This document shows positions 40,030 through 53,011 of a stretch of DNA of 64,000 bases, in pieces. The stretch covers positions 33,457,559 through 33,521,558 of the forward strand of contig NC_069001.1 in assembly GCF_001194135.2 (NCBI RefSeq). The letters run 5' to 3'. Numbering within the stretch: the stretch's first letter is position 1; each line of letters begins with the position of its first letter. The notes under the pieces were generated by a model, which was not told where the DNA came from, searched no databases, and saw only the letters and a list, made by a program, of their open reading frames with translations. Source of the stretch: Octopus bimaculoides (taxonomy: Eukaryota). The translations under genes and the position numbers were made by a program.

Positions 40030-40325
40030 GTAAAGGCATGTGACTTAGTGGTTAGGGTGTTGCACTCAGGATTGCATGATCCTGGTTTCAATCCCCAGAC
40101 TTGCAGTGTGGTGTGTTCTTGAGCAGAAAACTTCATTTCATGTTGCTCTAGTTCACTTAGCTGTAAATGGGTAACTCTGTGATGGACTGGCTTTTCATTC
40201 AAGGGGAATGTTGGTCTGCCTGTCTAGCCAGTTGGATGGCATCTTTTGAAAGCTACAACAATGCAAGGAAACGCATTGTGACCAGTGGTATATAACAACA
40301 TCTGATAGTCTGATCGACACAGTGA
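40030..40325 (+). mobile_element. tRNA-headed SINE (further family)
   Basis: ggcatgtgacttagtggttagggtgttgcactc...ggtttcaatccc head with A and B box-like motifs. Confidence 0.7.
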
Positions 40326-40411
40326 TATTTGTATGTATGTATCTATATATATATGCTAGTAAACCAAAACTCTGAAGTCACTGTCCCTCTCTTGTAAAAG
40401 TTTAACAAACA

Positions 40412-40805
40412 TAGGCACAGGCATGGCTGTGTGGTAACAAGCTTGCTTCCCAACGACATGGTTCCAGGTTCAGTCCCACTGTGTGGCACCTTGGGCAAGT
40501 GTCTTCTACTATAACCTCAGGTCGACCAAAGCATCGTGAGTGGACTTGATAGACAGAAACTGAATGAAGCCTGTTGTATATATATATGTATATATCTTTG
40601 TCTGTGTTTGTCCCCTATCACCACTTGATAACCGGTGTTGGTGTGTTTACATCCCCGTAACTTAGTGGTTCAGCAAAAGAGACTGATAGAATAAGTAGTA
40701 GGCTTAAAAAATAAATCCAGGGGTTGATTTATTCGACTAAAAGCCCTTCAAGGTGGCGCTGCGGCAGGGCCACGTCAAATGACTGAAACAAGTAAAATAA
40801 TAAAA
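40412..40805 (+). mobile_element. tRNA-derived SINE family 2 copy
   Basis: Homologous to the reverse complement of 28533-28918. Confidence 0.88.
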
Positions 40806-43449
40806 GAATAAAAGAATGTACTCAACTAAAAAGTATTTCTTCAATTTAATATTAATTTGTTTATATATATAATTTGATATAAAAACAACCATTAACAGAC
40901 ACACACACACAGACTCAGATACACACAGACAGACACACACACACACACACACAGACACCCACAGACACAGACACACATACACACACACAGATGATAACAC
41001 ACTTCCTACCCCACCATGTCTCGTCGTCTCTATTCTACAGAAAAGCAAAATGGAATAAATAAATGAAATAAATAATATATATACATNNNNNNNNNNNNNN
41101 NNNNNNNNNNNNNNNNNNNNNNNNNNNNNNNNNNNNNNNNNNNNNNNNNNNNNNNNNNNNNNNNNNNNNNNNNNNNNNNNNNNNNNNNNNNNNNNNNNNN
41201 NNNNNNNNNNNNNNNNNNNNNNNNNNNNNNNNNNNNNNNATATATACACATACACATACACGCATGTGTTAACTGAAACTGTTTCTTCGAGAATATACCA
41301 ACAGTTTGTAAAGCAAAGAAACTACTTGCTTGCATTCAGTCGTTTCTACTATTTGTAAAATCTATGAATTTGAAAAGTCTCAGATATGTTACTGAAGACT
41401 AATAGAAATCTACCATAATGAATTCTCTGATTTTACATGGAACTGTCTGAGATGGTATTTTTCTTATCTAAGTCTACTTAATACACATATTTCTTCATTT
41501 CCTTTCATTTCCATTGACTTTCACCAACCCTTCAAACTTTTTCACAATTCTTCCTATCCTCTAGGACTCATTCACCCTTTAGTCAAATTGTATCTTATCC
41601 ACATTAATCTCACTCGCTTAGTCCATGTAGATTGGAAGAGTCTAGTAGACTATGTCCTTTAAACTAATAATAAAAATTGATAAAAAGAAAAACCAAATGG
41701 AGTTTGTTCTAAGATTTTTAGGAAAAGTAAGTCTTGGTGTAATTTGCAACTCCCAGAAGAGAGTTTCCATATAATTGTTCAACCCAATCAATATAACAGC
41801 CATGTTTTCCTCCTCAAAATTTTAACTGTCTTTAAAATGTGGCCCACATCATGTTTTAAGTACTAAATCTAAGGTTAGCATGACTTAAGGGTAGCCAATG
41901 CTGACCTGTGTCATAGGTGGTACTGATCTGTTCATTCGTAGAACTAATGGTGTCAGCCAAGTAACAATGATTTGAATTGAAACACTTTCAACATTAGTCT
42001 TTCTAGTTCTATATTTAAGAGATGAGGAATTAAAGTACCTTGGTTAAACTAACCAATTTATAATGAATTTTCAACGGTAGATTGAAAAATCACAGCAGTC
42101 AAATAGACAAGCTGTCAGTTTTATGGTTGATTTGAACCTCTGCATCCTGTTGACCTTGAAACAGCAACCAAATCTCCTTCAACTCACACTCTGCTGTCTT
42201 TAAAGTGTCACATTGGATAATGTTGTCCTTGATACTCTATGCTTGAAAATAAATAGGATTGTTACAGTTGGAATGCTTTTGATCATTCAACTTCTAGATT
42301 AGAGCTGACCTTGGGATGAACAAAAACATAGAGTTTCAAGTATATGCCAAGGGTAATATATTTTTATGATAAATGTGTTAATATTTTTTCATGTTCTTGG
42401 ATGTGAGGAGGGTTTGATTGAAGTCAAGAGTGTTTTACTTCAATCATTATTGCCATTAAATACACACTGTTATATTAATTTTGTACCTTAACATTATTTT
42501 GAAATAATGGTTTCTAACATAAGCAAAAAGTTTCACATTTAAGTGGATGATCTAGCCGATTATATTGATCCCAGTACTTTATGGATACTTATTTCATTGA
42601 TCACTCCCTCCCTGACCAGAGGATGAACAACAAGATATTATTAGGTGTTAAAGTCATTCAGAATATCTACAAATTAGTAACTGACAATCAGCTTCCCTTG
42701 ATCTTGTAAAATAATAATAAAATAAAGTGAATATAACAATGTATATGTGTGCTTTAAATGCATATAATGACTCTACCATAATACATTTGTTTAAAAATAA
42801 ACTATTATTTGAATTTATCATAGCACCTGATAACATTTAAGAACTTTAAGCTTCCATTCACAACTTAGGCGCTTTAAAAGAATATTAAATTGACTCCTGT
42901 AGTTGACTGGTATTTTTTATTAATGCCAGAAAGATGCAAAGCAAAGTAGACCTCAATAGATTTAGAACTATATCAGTGAAAAAGTGTAGTTCTGCTGTAA
43001 AGACTTAATTTGTCCTCTTAAACAAATTCATGGTGCATACCTAGTGTGTTGTATATGACCTATACTCTGAATTCAGTATATTACACTTGAACATCAGCAA
43101 CATATGACACAATAATTGTAATTTATGTCACCTTAAGATTTAAATCAGTTACAGTTGCAAAATGAATATAGATTGATGATTGTCCCAAAATGCTTAAAGT
43201 TTGTAATTTAAAGGCTGATATTAATCAGATTGTATTGTGTCAGTTTTCATTTGGTGGGTGGTGAAAGAGGCAAAGACAAGGAAGTTAATTGCTAGAAATA
43301 TACAATGTTCATTGAACTATGGAAATAAAAGTAGCTAGCAAGCATAAAATGACTATCAATATTAAGTTTATTACACTCATTCTGTTATCAACACTTATCA
43401 TTAGTTACACTTTGTCTCCCTCTTGTCCTTCTTGAAAAGGACTTACTCA

Positions 43450-44560
43450 ACCTTGTGACCCACAACGCAAAACTTTAGTATTAAATTTAGTCCCAAAACT
43501 TAAGTATATCTTGCTGTAAGATATATATTGAAAATATTTGGCACATTGAACAGCTATACAAACAAATGACGGAAATAAATTTACAAGTGCTGGAAAGGAC
43601 TCACCATCATAGAAAATTTTGGAAATAGTCCCCTGTGGTATTAATGCATTGCTGTGCATGTTTGACCATGTTTAGTTATATATCCAGCGTAAAATAGTGA
43701 CTTCGGTGGTGACAACTTTAGTGGTATTGTCTTTCAGCTCCTGTATCATGTGCAGATTTTTTCTTACAGCATACCCCAAAATTTATTATCTCTGGGGATG
43801 TTTGAAGAGCATGCTGTAAGAAAAAATCTGCAAAATGTTCATGTTGATCTCTGTGTTGACAGTACTGTCAAAAAATATCAGTCCAATGAAGCATGCTCTG
43901 AAACAGCACAGCGAACACTGATTTTTTTTTCTTGTGGAGTTGCTGCTCATACACAAGGTGAGAATTCTCCATCACCTAATACCTTCTGTTTTGTGAATTT
44001 ACATGGCTGGAGAGATGAGACCATGCCTTGTCACTCATTATGTACTGGAATGGGTATAGCTCACCATTAGCAAATCTCTTTAGAAGCTATGTGCAGTAAT
44101 TTACTCATTTACTCTTATCATCCACTTTTAATTGCTACACGCATTGGAAATGATAGGTTTCAACTTTAGACTTTTTAACACCTGTTGGCATGACCTTTTG
44201 CTTATGTGAGACAGTTGTGCCAATTTACAGGTTGACTTCTTTGGATGTCAAATAATCATTTGGCAAATGTCCTGAATAACTTCCAGAGTTCAAAATGTAA
44301 GGTCATTGTTTTGGGGCATTGTGCACTGACCCCTTAGCACATTGCTTCTTAACCAACATTTGTATTGTTCTCTTTGCTGGTAAGCCTTTACCTAGAAACT
44401 TGACTTCAAAACTTTTGTGTGCTTGCTTAACAAAACCTTGTCTCCCATATGTTTCCGCAATCTCCACTTTTTCTGCTATTGAGTACATTATCTTGCCGAA
44501 AAGGCTACAGATGTTCACTTAATGTAATCATACAATCAACTAATGTGATGAAGATGCCGT
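43450..44560 (-). mobile_element. Tc1/mariner-superfamily remnant (rosa/DD41D-like)
   Basis: N-terminal HTH-like MYSIAEKVEIAETY...PAKRTIQMLVKK...GSVHNAPK, then MSDKAWSHLSSHVNSQN and FWGML.EK motifs, with stops. The subfamily assignment comes from recalled motifs. Confidence 0.75.
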
Positions 44561-44699
44561 GAGGATAAGTGTAGCAAACAATTGACTGGTGTGCCATCTT
44601 TGTTCAACAGTTACATTGTGGTCAAAATAACACAATGACTCTTGCAAACCAAAGACTGGGTGCTTTTACGTGTGTAAATTTATTTCTGTATTTACACTA

Positions 44700-45660
44700 C
44701 AAAGGGGTACCCAAAAGAAACCAGAATTTTGCAATACTATTTTATTCACTTAGTTTTACATGTTTACCTCTTTATCGCCTTCAAACTTTTCTCCATTTGA
44801 AGCAAGGCATTGATCCAGATGCATTTTCCATTGTTCAAAGCAGTCCTCGAACTCTTGCAAAGTGATGCTTATTAACGCCTTCATCGTTTTTTTCTTCACC
44901 TCTTCCATATCTGCAAAACGTTTTCCTTTAAGAACTATTTTCATTTGGAGGAACAACAAAAAGTTGCAGGGAGCTAGATTGGGTGAAAAGAGAGGCTGGG
45001 TAAACAGGGTTATGCCATTTTTAGTCAAAAACTGTCTCACATTCAAGGTGGTGTGTGAAGGTGCATTGTCATGATGAAACCACCACTCTCCACTTTTGCC
45101 ACTGGTAAGGGCATTTTTGTCTCACCATGTCTTGCAAATGTTTCAGAACTGCCCAGTAAAATATTTGGTTAACAGTTTGACCAGGAGGAACAAATGCTGT
45201 GTGGACAATTCCTTTTGCATTGATGAAACAAATCAGCATTGTCTTGACATTGGACCTCACTTAGCACACATTTTGGGGGCACAGTCACATTGAATACTTC
45301 TGTTGACTTGATAGTTGCTTTGTTTCCAGGTCGTAGCCATAGCTTTCATCACCAGTGATGGCCTTTGAAAAAGGTCCGGATCAACTTCCAACAGTTCTTT
45401 CAGTTCATAACACACATTCAATTGTGACTGCTTTTGATCTTCCATGAGCAAGTGAGGCACAAATTTTGCTGCAACTCTTTTCATTCACAATTCCTCACTC
45501 AAAATTCATTGGGAGGAGCTCCATGACACACCAGTCATATCAACAAGTTTGTCAATCATTCAGCAACAGTCCTCCATGATCAATTCAGGAATTTTTGTGA
45601 TGTTTTCATTTGTTTGGGAGGTCGACAAATTTCAAGCAAGAAAATATTGTTGCCTCGACA
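44700..45660 (-). mobile_element. Decayed mariner
   Basis: MKRVAAKFVPHLL..., RSNVKTMLICF...GIVH..FVPPGQTVNQ.FY..VL, FSPNLAPCNFLLF..MK..LKGKRF. TA plus TIR-like end at 44698. Confidence 0.92.
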
Positions 45661-46264
45661 CAAACATATTCAGATACACATTTCCTAAACACACACACAT
45701 ACACACATACACATGCATGCACTCACGCACACACATGCACACAGTTTCCCTACATTTAGACTTTTCCTTTTTTGTACATGGAATTACACACTTGTTTTCC
45801 ACTCACTACACACAATAATATTTACATGCTTCTATTCTTTACACAGGAAATTTGACCAATCCTTTAAAAAAACAGTACAACTGCATTCAAGGAGAAGGAT
45901 CTTCCTTTATTTAATTACTTATTAATTTATTTTTAAATACAAGTTTGTTATTTTGCCTGCACACCATGTGATCATACAGAAATACTTCTTCCTTCCTGCC
46001 CTGAAAAAATACTTGTCTATTACCGCACATAAGTTCTATTAACTCACCAATGAACCAACAAAAGAACTTCTATGTAGTCCTTCAACCTACCAGAAATAGC
46101 AGCCAAATTTTCTTCAAGTAACATGCCCTCATCTAAGTAAAGAGCATGTTGTATAATGAAGTCCTAGCTCCATGCACATAGAAAAATGATGGGTGGTCAC
46201 AGCTAGAATGCTTTTGATCATAAGTCTGCTCAATCAGTGCTGACCTAAGGCAGCAACAACAACT

Positions 46265-46687
46265 TATCAATGAGTCTGCAAGGAGCTTATCATCAAACTC
46301 AACTGGACGTCCTGTTCAATCTTCATCTTCAAGGCTGAAATCTCCACTTCTGAATTTTGCAAACCATCTTCTGCAAGTTCTTTCATTCAAGCATTCTTTC
46401 CCATAAACTGAGTGTATGTTTCGAGTTGCTTCAGCTGCAGAGTTTCCTTTTTTGTACTCATAAAGCATTACATGCCTCAAATGCTCTTTGGATACTTCCA
46501 TGTTAGGAAGGGTTTTAATCAAAGAAATTTTAATTCTATTATTCTGTAAAATAATATTTAATTAGTTTAAATGTACACAAATGCATAAAAATAATTTTTA
46601 ATTCCATTAATCATTCTAAAATACCATTAAATTTCATTCAATTTTAAAAAAGGTAAAATTGGACAGAACTTATGGGATGGCCTGATA
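46265..46687 (-). mobile_element. Mariner 5' fragment (TIR plus N-terminal HTH)
   Basis: MEVSKEHLRHVMLYEYKKGNSAAEATRNIHSVYG...RTCRRWFAKFRSGDFSLEDE. TIR-like tatcaggccatcccataagttctgtcc on the minus strand. Confidence 0.9.
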
Positions 46688-47278
46688 AGAGAATGATCAC
46701 CAAGAGGATGAGCATTGTGCTAGAATTATATGATTCTGCTCTGCCAACAATTTAACTAGTTCTGTTCTTTCCAAATTACTTTGTCATTCAAAGAACATGA
46801 ATGTAATCTTCAGAAGAATTAGGTTACAGAAAATTAGTGAGCTTTTTTTCACAAATAACCAATTTATTCAAAACTTGTTAACCTATAATGGCTATCACCT
46901 TCTCTATTAGTGGAAGCTAAATAATTGATGTGAATTTCATCATTGTTGGCATGTAAATTAATGTGCTTCAGCAATAAGTCCCAAGACTCATATTTAGTTA
47001 CCACTGAGGTGAGCCAACTTTGTAGTTTTCAGCTCTGAAACTCAAACTATGTTCTGTCAATACTCTGATCATTCTAACAAATCTATGTTATATCTTTTCC
47101 TAACACATTTAATTCATCAATTTTCTTTTACATAGCTGAATCAACATGTCCATGAATATCAGATCTCTGAGCGAAAGTACTTACAGCATACATATGGCTT
47201 GTTGATTTTTCATATTCATTTAACTGGCGTAAATGATGGCATGGTCCCATCATTAAAACTAAGACAAATCAGAGCAAT

Positions 47279-47371
47279 TGTAAACAATTTACATACAATG
47301 TGAATTGTTTACATAAATGTAAGCAATTTACATCAAATGTAAATTGTTTATATAAATGCAAACAATTTACA
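47279..47371. repeat. Five 15-bp units (TGTAAACAATTTACA) in strictly alternating orientation
   Basis: Units at 47279(+), 47299(-), 47318(+), 47338(-), 47357(+), each with at most 1 mismatch. Confidence 0.9.
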
Positions 47372-50253
47372 TTCAAAACAATAAATTCTTCCTGGACTTT
47401 TTGAATAGCATAACCACTTTCTTTCAATAGTTCCCCTTTTAGCTAGCTTTCTCAAAACATTACTGTGCATTGTCTATTGGCATTCACTGAATTCCCAAAT
47501 TCACCACTTTCATTGAATCTGATTCACTGTGTATTGCATTTCCCTGTATCACTAATACTTGTGCTTGTGAAGCATACTTAGAAAAGGCCACTCTCCAGTG
47601 TTTTTCAAGTAACAATCAACTCAGTCCACAATTAACAAAAATCTGTTCTGTTCCAGATATAGAAATTAGAATACACTGCATTTTCTTAAAGACACTTTTA
47701 TTGAACTTTAGTGTTGGTATCAGGTTGTTAAACAATTATTGATGAATTTCAACATTTGATAGGCTGCATGTTACATTCATAATGACAACACTAATCTTCA
47801 TATAAGCTTCCATACTCTTTATTAACTAGGAACATTTGCATTTACTTATGTATGACATTTGAATAAATACAACAACATTCAGGAGATATTACTGAATGAC
47901 ATAAGTACAAGTATGCACTGGAAAATATGTGAAATAGTAATATGAAGACAGTTCATTTTTATTGAAAATAAATCAAATGGAAAGAATGAGAATGCCTAAT
48001 CAAAAAGCTAACAGATGCAGCTTCCAGTAGCATCTCAGGTTGTCCTAGGTAAAGTAATGCCACCTATCATGACATTGAGTGATATAATTCAGTGTAGTGC
48101 CATAGGCCATTCTGTAAGGAAACAAAAGATAATGGAAGAGTATCTTAGAGTAGAGTGACAAGGTTCTGTGAGGAGTTCTGGATGGCTCTGACTAGGGTTC
48201 ACTTCATCTACTTACTGTAAACCCAATGGAGTTTTTCAAGAAAATTTGTCCAGATTATTTGGCTGGAATATTTCAGCTCAGTTATATACCAACTAATCTC
48301 TTACAGGTCAAGCTACATTTGTGTTCGTGTTAATGCTTTTTATGACCACACAGTTAACTTTTCATAACTGACCCTGTCTTTCATGGCAGTATGGCAGGCT
48401 GTAGTTCTGAGCTGGGGAGTTTGAGCATGAGGGTTTAAAACTCAGCAGGATCCTTGCTGAAGAACTACTGCAGTAGTATCTATATCAGTAGGTGTAGTTG
48501 TTGGTAAAGAACATTGTTTTGTTGGCTTTCCAGATTCAGTTGATCAAATATCTATTTTCTTCTTCATGAACCATTATTAGTTGTATTTTAGGCTTTACAA
48601 TATTCTTTTTACATGTCCACTTAAACAAGACCATTTTGTAATTTGTGAAAAAAAAAAAACAAAAAAAAAACATAAACAAACCAGTAATAATAATCCAATA
48701 ATCCAATTTTAGTTGTATTTTAGCTTTCCTATTACAGAAATCTATGAAAGAAATTTGTTTACAACCAAAATCTATTTGTTCATAGAAAAATATTGATCAT
48801 ACAAAATTTGGATAAACTGGAATAAATTAATTAAACATCTTTGAAAATAAAGGTATTTGCAGATCAATAAATTTCAATCATAGGTAAGTATTGTTTACAA
48901 TTGTCTACATTGTTAACAATTAATATCTATAAATCTAAATATCTAATCTATTGATTATAATGATAATTATATGAAAATGACAACCAAGAGTAGTCTATAA
49001 TTTTTTAATCAGAATTTTGTTGAGAATTCTTTTTTCACCTGCAAATAACGAAATGATTTTTTAAAGACATTTTGAGAGGACTTTCAAAAATCTGATTGCA
49101 ACACTTAAGATACAGATAAGGTGCTCTATTGTTTCTGCAAATTCACTATCTTCAGTGACAAATGAAGATAAAATGTTTTGTATAAGAGTGTCTTATTAAT
49201 AATGGATTATAAAATTTTAAAATCTGGTTGACTGCTTAACTACCTACCTCAGTCAATAGAGCATGAAGCTCATTATTGTGGGACCAAACTATGTTTGGTT
49301 CACGTAGGTTTTTTATTCATTTTTTTCTCATTCATCCAATTCTTACTCAACGAGTGCTGGAGCAATTCTCAGATCTTTTAAATATGGGAGCCTTCAAGTA
49401 GTTATTTGACCCAAATTATCCTCAAACTATACCTAACCATCTTAAATTAAGGGATATCGTGGATAAGTTAGTCCTAGATCCAGTATTTCAAAAATAATAT
49501 GATTGAATGAACTGGAATGTCTAAATCATAGCTCTGTCTTGCTTTGGATTAGAATTCTGTTGGAGTGAATTGTACAACAAAGTGTCAATAATGCTGGATA
49601 CTAATCTCATTGTATTCTTGTTTTGCTTGTGGTCAGTCTGTTTTCTCCATATGTTACACCAAGGGAGGTAACAACTTGAATAGAAATATATATATATATA
49701 TATACAGAGAGAGAGAGGGGGGGAGAGAAAGAGAAGAGGAGACAAAGAGAGAAACAGAAATCGTGGAATCAGAGAAAAAACACGAGAAAAAGGAAGAAGG
49801 TCTATATTATTCTGCATTTGTGTGTCCAAATCTCAGGCACAATCAAGGTGTTTAACATAATGAAATAATGTCATGAAGATCTATAAATTTATGTATCAAA
49901 AGATACATTGATATATAGTTAAATTAAAGTGAAGTAACATTAATTACGAAGTAGCTGCGTATATTGTACTTTTATCTTTTATGCATTCCAGAGCAAAGGC
50001 TGAGGCCATGCTGGGGCACTGCTTTTTTTTTATTAGATTTAAAGGCTCATCAGAGAGATACATACATTGACAGAAGGGAAAGAAGATATTCAAATATGCA
50101 GTCTCACATCATGGAATTACTTGGACCCTGCGAGTATTAATAAATGTTGTTGGTGTCTTGGTCACACCATGCAAAAGGATATAACTCAATCTTATTGGAG
50201 TTATATCCCTTAGTTATTAAGTATTAAGTAGATTGTCACCATTTATATTATCC

Positions 50254-50511
50254 AGATTGTCACTTGCCATATGTATTAACTAGATTGTCACTTGCCATAT
50301 GTATTAACTAGATTGTCAGTTGCCATATGTATTAACTAGATTGTCACTTGCCATATGTATTAACTAGATTGTCACTTGCCATATGTATTAACTAGATTGT
50401 CANNNNNNNNNNCAGATTGTCACTTGCCATATGTATTAACTAGATTGTCACTTGCCATATGTATTAACTAGATTGTCAGTTGCCATATGTATTAACTAGA
50501 TTGTCACTTGT
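50254..50511. repeat. 28 bp minisatellite (agattgtcacttgccatatgtattaact) spanning a 10-N gap
   Basis: 5.3 units left and 3.5 units right of the gap; near-identical units with no spacers. Confidence 0.95.
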
Positions 50512-51663
50512 CAATAATTTTTATGACAGTGAGTGTTATCAGATAATAATCACATCTATAATCAATTGATAGCTAATTAGTGTTATTGTTATCTTTAACA
50601 AATATTTATTGCAAATATTTGTATGAAAATTTTGTTTTATTTAATTTCATTTCAATTTGATAAATATATACTGTTTTTGAAAATTAGTATTCATTTATCT
50701 ATTTTGTATAAACACCATCAAATTTGAAAAATTAAAATTATAATTATTGTATCTTTGCAACATTACCTGATATTTTCCCCAGAGTTATAAGTATATTTAT
50801 AACATTATACCATAATATGGTGAATAATCTAGTACCTATATAAGCGGTAAAATTTGCAAGCCTATCTACCTCCTTGTTAGTTCAATCCAAATCTTTCTTT
50901 GAGAAATGTGTGGCCTTGTACCAATGAAGCAAATCAATATTTATATGCTAATGGAGTAGTGTAATTAGGCTAATCAGTGGAAGACAATAAAATAAGTCTT
51001 TCATGAAGCTTCATGTTAATTAAAACAAGAAATATAAAAAGCATTACCATATTTCTATTTCTCAAACCATTTTCCAGTACTCAATGCATTATTCAATGAC
51101 TTGTAAATTCCTTAAGAGGGTGATTGGCAGAATTATTTGAGCATTGGGCAAAATACCTTGTGGTATTTTTCGGAGGTCTTTATGTTCTGTAGTCATCTCC
51201 CATGGAGATCAGCTTTCCTTTTGTCCTTAAATAAAGTACCAGGGAAGTTCTGAGGCAGATAGTAGACTAACTGCTTCCTCGAATATTTCTGACCTTGTAC
51301 CTATATTAGAAACCATTACTTTAATTATTCTTAATATTTCCAGGTTGTTTCAGTAAAGAACTAGTTGAATTTTAAAATGAGTTTATGGCTTTGATATATT
51401 TCTAATGGGATATTATTGTAACCATTGAAAAATATTATCATAGAGTGTTTCTACAACTGACGAAAATGTGGAAAAGCATAACACTATGGTTGAGAAGTTT
51501 GTTTTTCAATTATATTCATGTTCAATCCAATGTGATATGCCTTGGGCAAGTGGCTTTTATCATAGTCTTGGATCAACCAAAACCTTGTCAGTAAAATTTG
51601 GTTAATAGAAACTGTGGAAACCTATTGGGACAGTTCCAAACTTGGGGTGGTGGACTTTATCCA

Positions 51664-51686
51664 AGGTTAGGGTTAGGGTTAGGGTT
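51664..51686 (+). repeat. Interstitial (TTAGGG)3
   Basis: aggTTAGGGTTAGGGTTAGGGtt read directly. Confidence 0.85.
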
Positions 51687-52301
51687 TAATACCACTGTCT
51701 GGCTATGGATGCTTTTAGTGGAGTATATTATGTTGCAGGTAGTTGGACCAGGTCTCTGATTGGAAGATAATTTCCTTCTTTCCACAAGTCTCACACACCC
51801 TGAAAAGGGGCATGGGTACGACCTTTCCTCCCATTGCTAAATCATGTGTAAAAATAGAAAACTAAAAACATACAAAAAGCAGCAAAATAATACAGCAATA
51901 CCAACTATATGGTGTTCCTTGATACAGTCAACCATTTTTAAATTCCAATTATTTGTAGTAATGCTGAAGCACAAGTTATGGGAATTGACTTTTGGGAACT
52001 AAGTATATTATAATCCAAGATTTGTGCTTGACGATCCTTGAGAGATCAAAAGGTCAATTTGCTCATCAGAGATGTGCGAAATGACTTTGTGAGAACCTTT
52101 TCATCTATTATTTTAGCCTTAAATATGCATATTCCCAAGAATATTGTAATATACATGCTCATACTCAAATTCTTAAAAACATCTATGGACCTCATTCATT
52201 ATATGAACCTAATATATATAACATCTGCCAGAACTTTACTTACATTACATATAAGCAACCTGTTGTGCATGTTCACAGCAGGGTTTACATCAGAGCTGTG
52301 A

Positions 52302-52632
52302 AGGCTTGTGGTTTAGTGGTTTGGGGTATCCAGCTCATGATCAAAAGATCATAAGTTCAATACCCAGTGACATGCTGTGTCCTTGAGCAAGACACTTTAT
52401 TTAATGCTGCTTCAGTCCACTCAGCTGGCAAAAATGAATTGTACTGGTAATTCAAAGAATTCAAAGGGCTAGTCTTAACATACTGTGTCACAGTGGAATC
52501 TCACTGACAACTACATTAAGGGTATGCATATCTGTGAAGTGCTCAGTGACTTGTACGTAAATTTTACGAGTAGGCTGTTGAGTTGATTGGATCAGCTGGA
52601 ACACTCGTCATCGTAACCAACAGAATGCCAGT
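52302..52632 (+). mobile_element. tRNA-derived SINE family 1 copy, CpG-decayed
   Basis: Aligns with the 9740 copy. Confidence 0.85.
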
Positions 52633-52945
52633 ACATCAGATGTCCCTGTCCTACAAAAATGCTTTTACAAGAGCTAGGGATTCCTCAATCCCAGTGGTTT
52701 ATATTTACAATCTAATTAATTCCTAGCTGGGACCTTGGCAGATGTGACTACTCTGGGTTGAGGTGGTTCCTTACTCCTCAGAACCCCATAGCTCCTGAAC
52801 AAGGGGCCCACTGCCAAATGCAGTTTAAACACAGATAGACAGATATACGTATACATACATACAAACATACATAGATACATACATATAAGTGTGTGTGTGT
52901 GTGTGTGTGTGTATGCGCTGCACACTCATGCTTTGCACTAGGTGG

Positions 52946-53011
<66 letters not shown>

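Noticed and set aside
19048-41335. Long ORFs in the track made of X, IY, HT, CV, ER or LS runs
   Set aside because: Artefacts of N gaps and dinucleotide microsatellites.
47185-47258. Minus-strand exon candidate xLMMGPCHHLRQLNEYEKSTSHMYA with good splice sites
   Set aside because: No frame-compatible neighbouring exon or family match was found, and it abuts the alternating repeat array of a probable non-autonomous element.
50254-50511. CRISPR-like array
   Set aside because: Units are contiguous with no spacers, and the context is eukaryotic; it is a minisatellite.
52716-52925. GC-richer ORF or exon candidate
   Set aside because: It resembles a dispersed repeat fragment, joined to microsatellite-derived codons.
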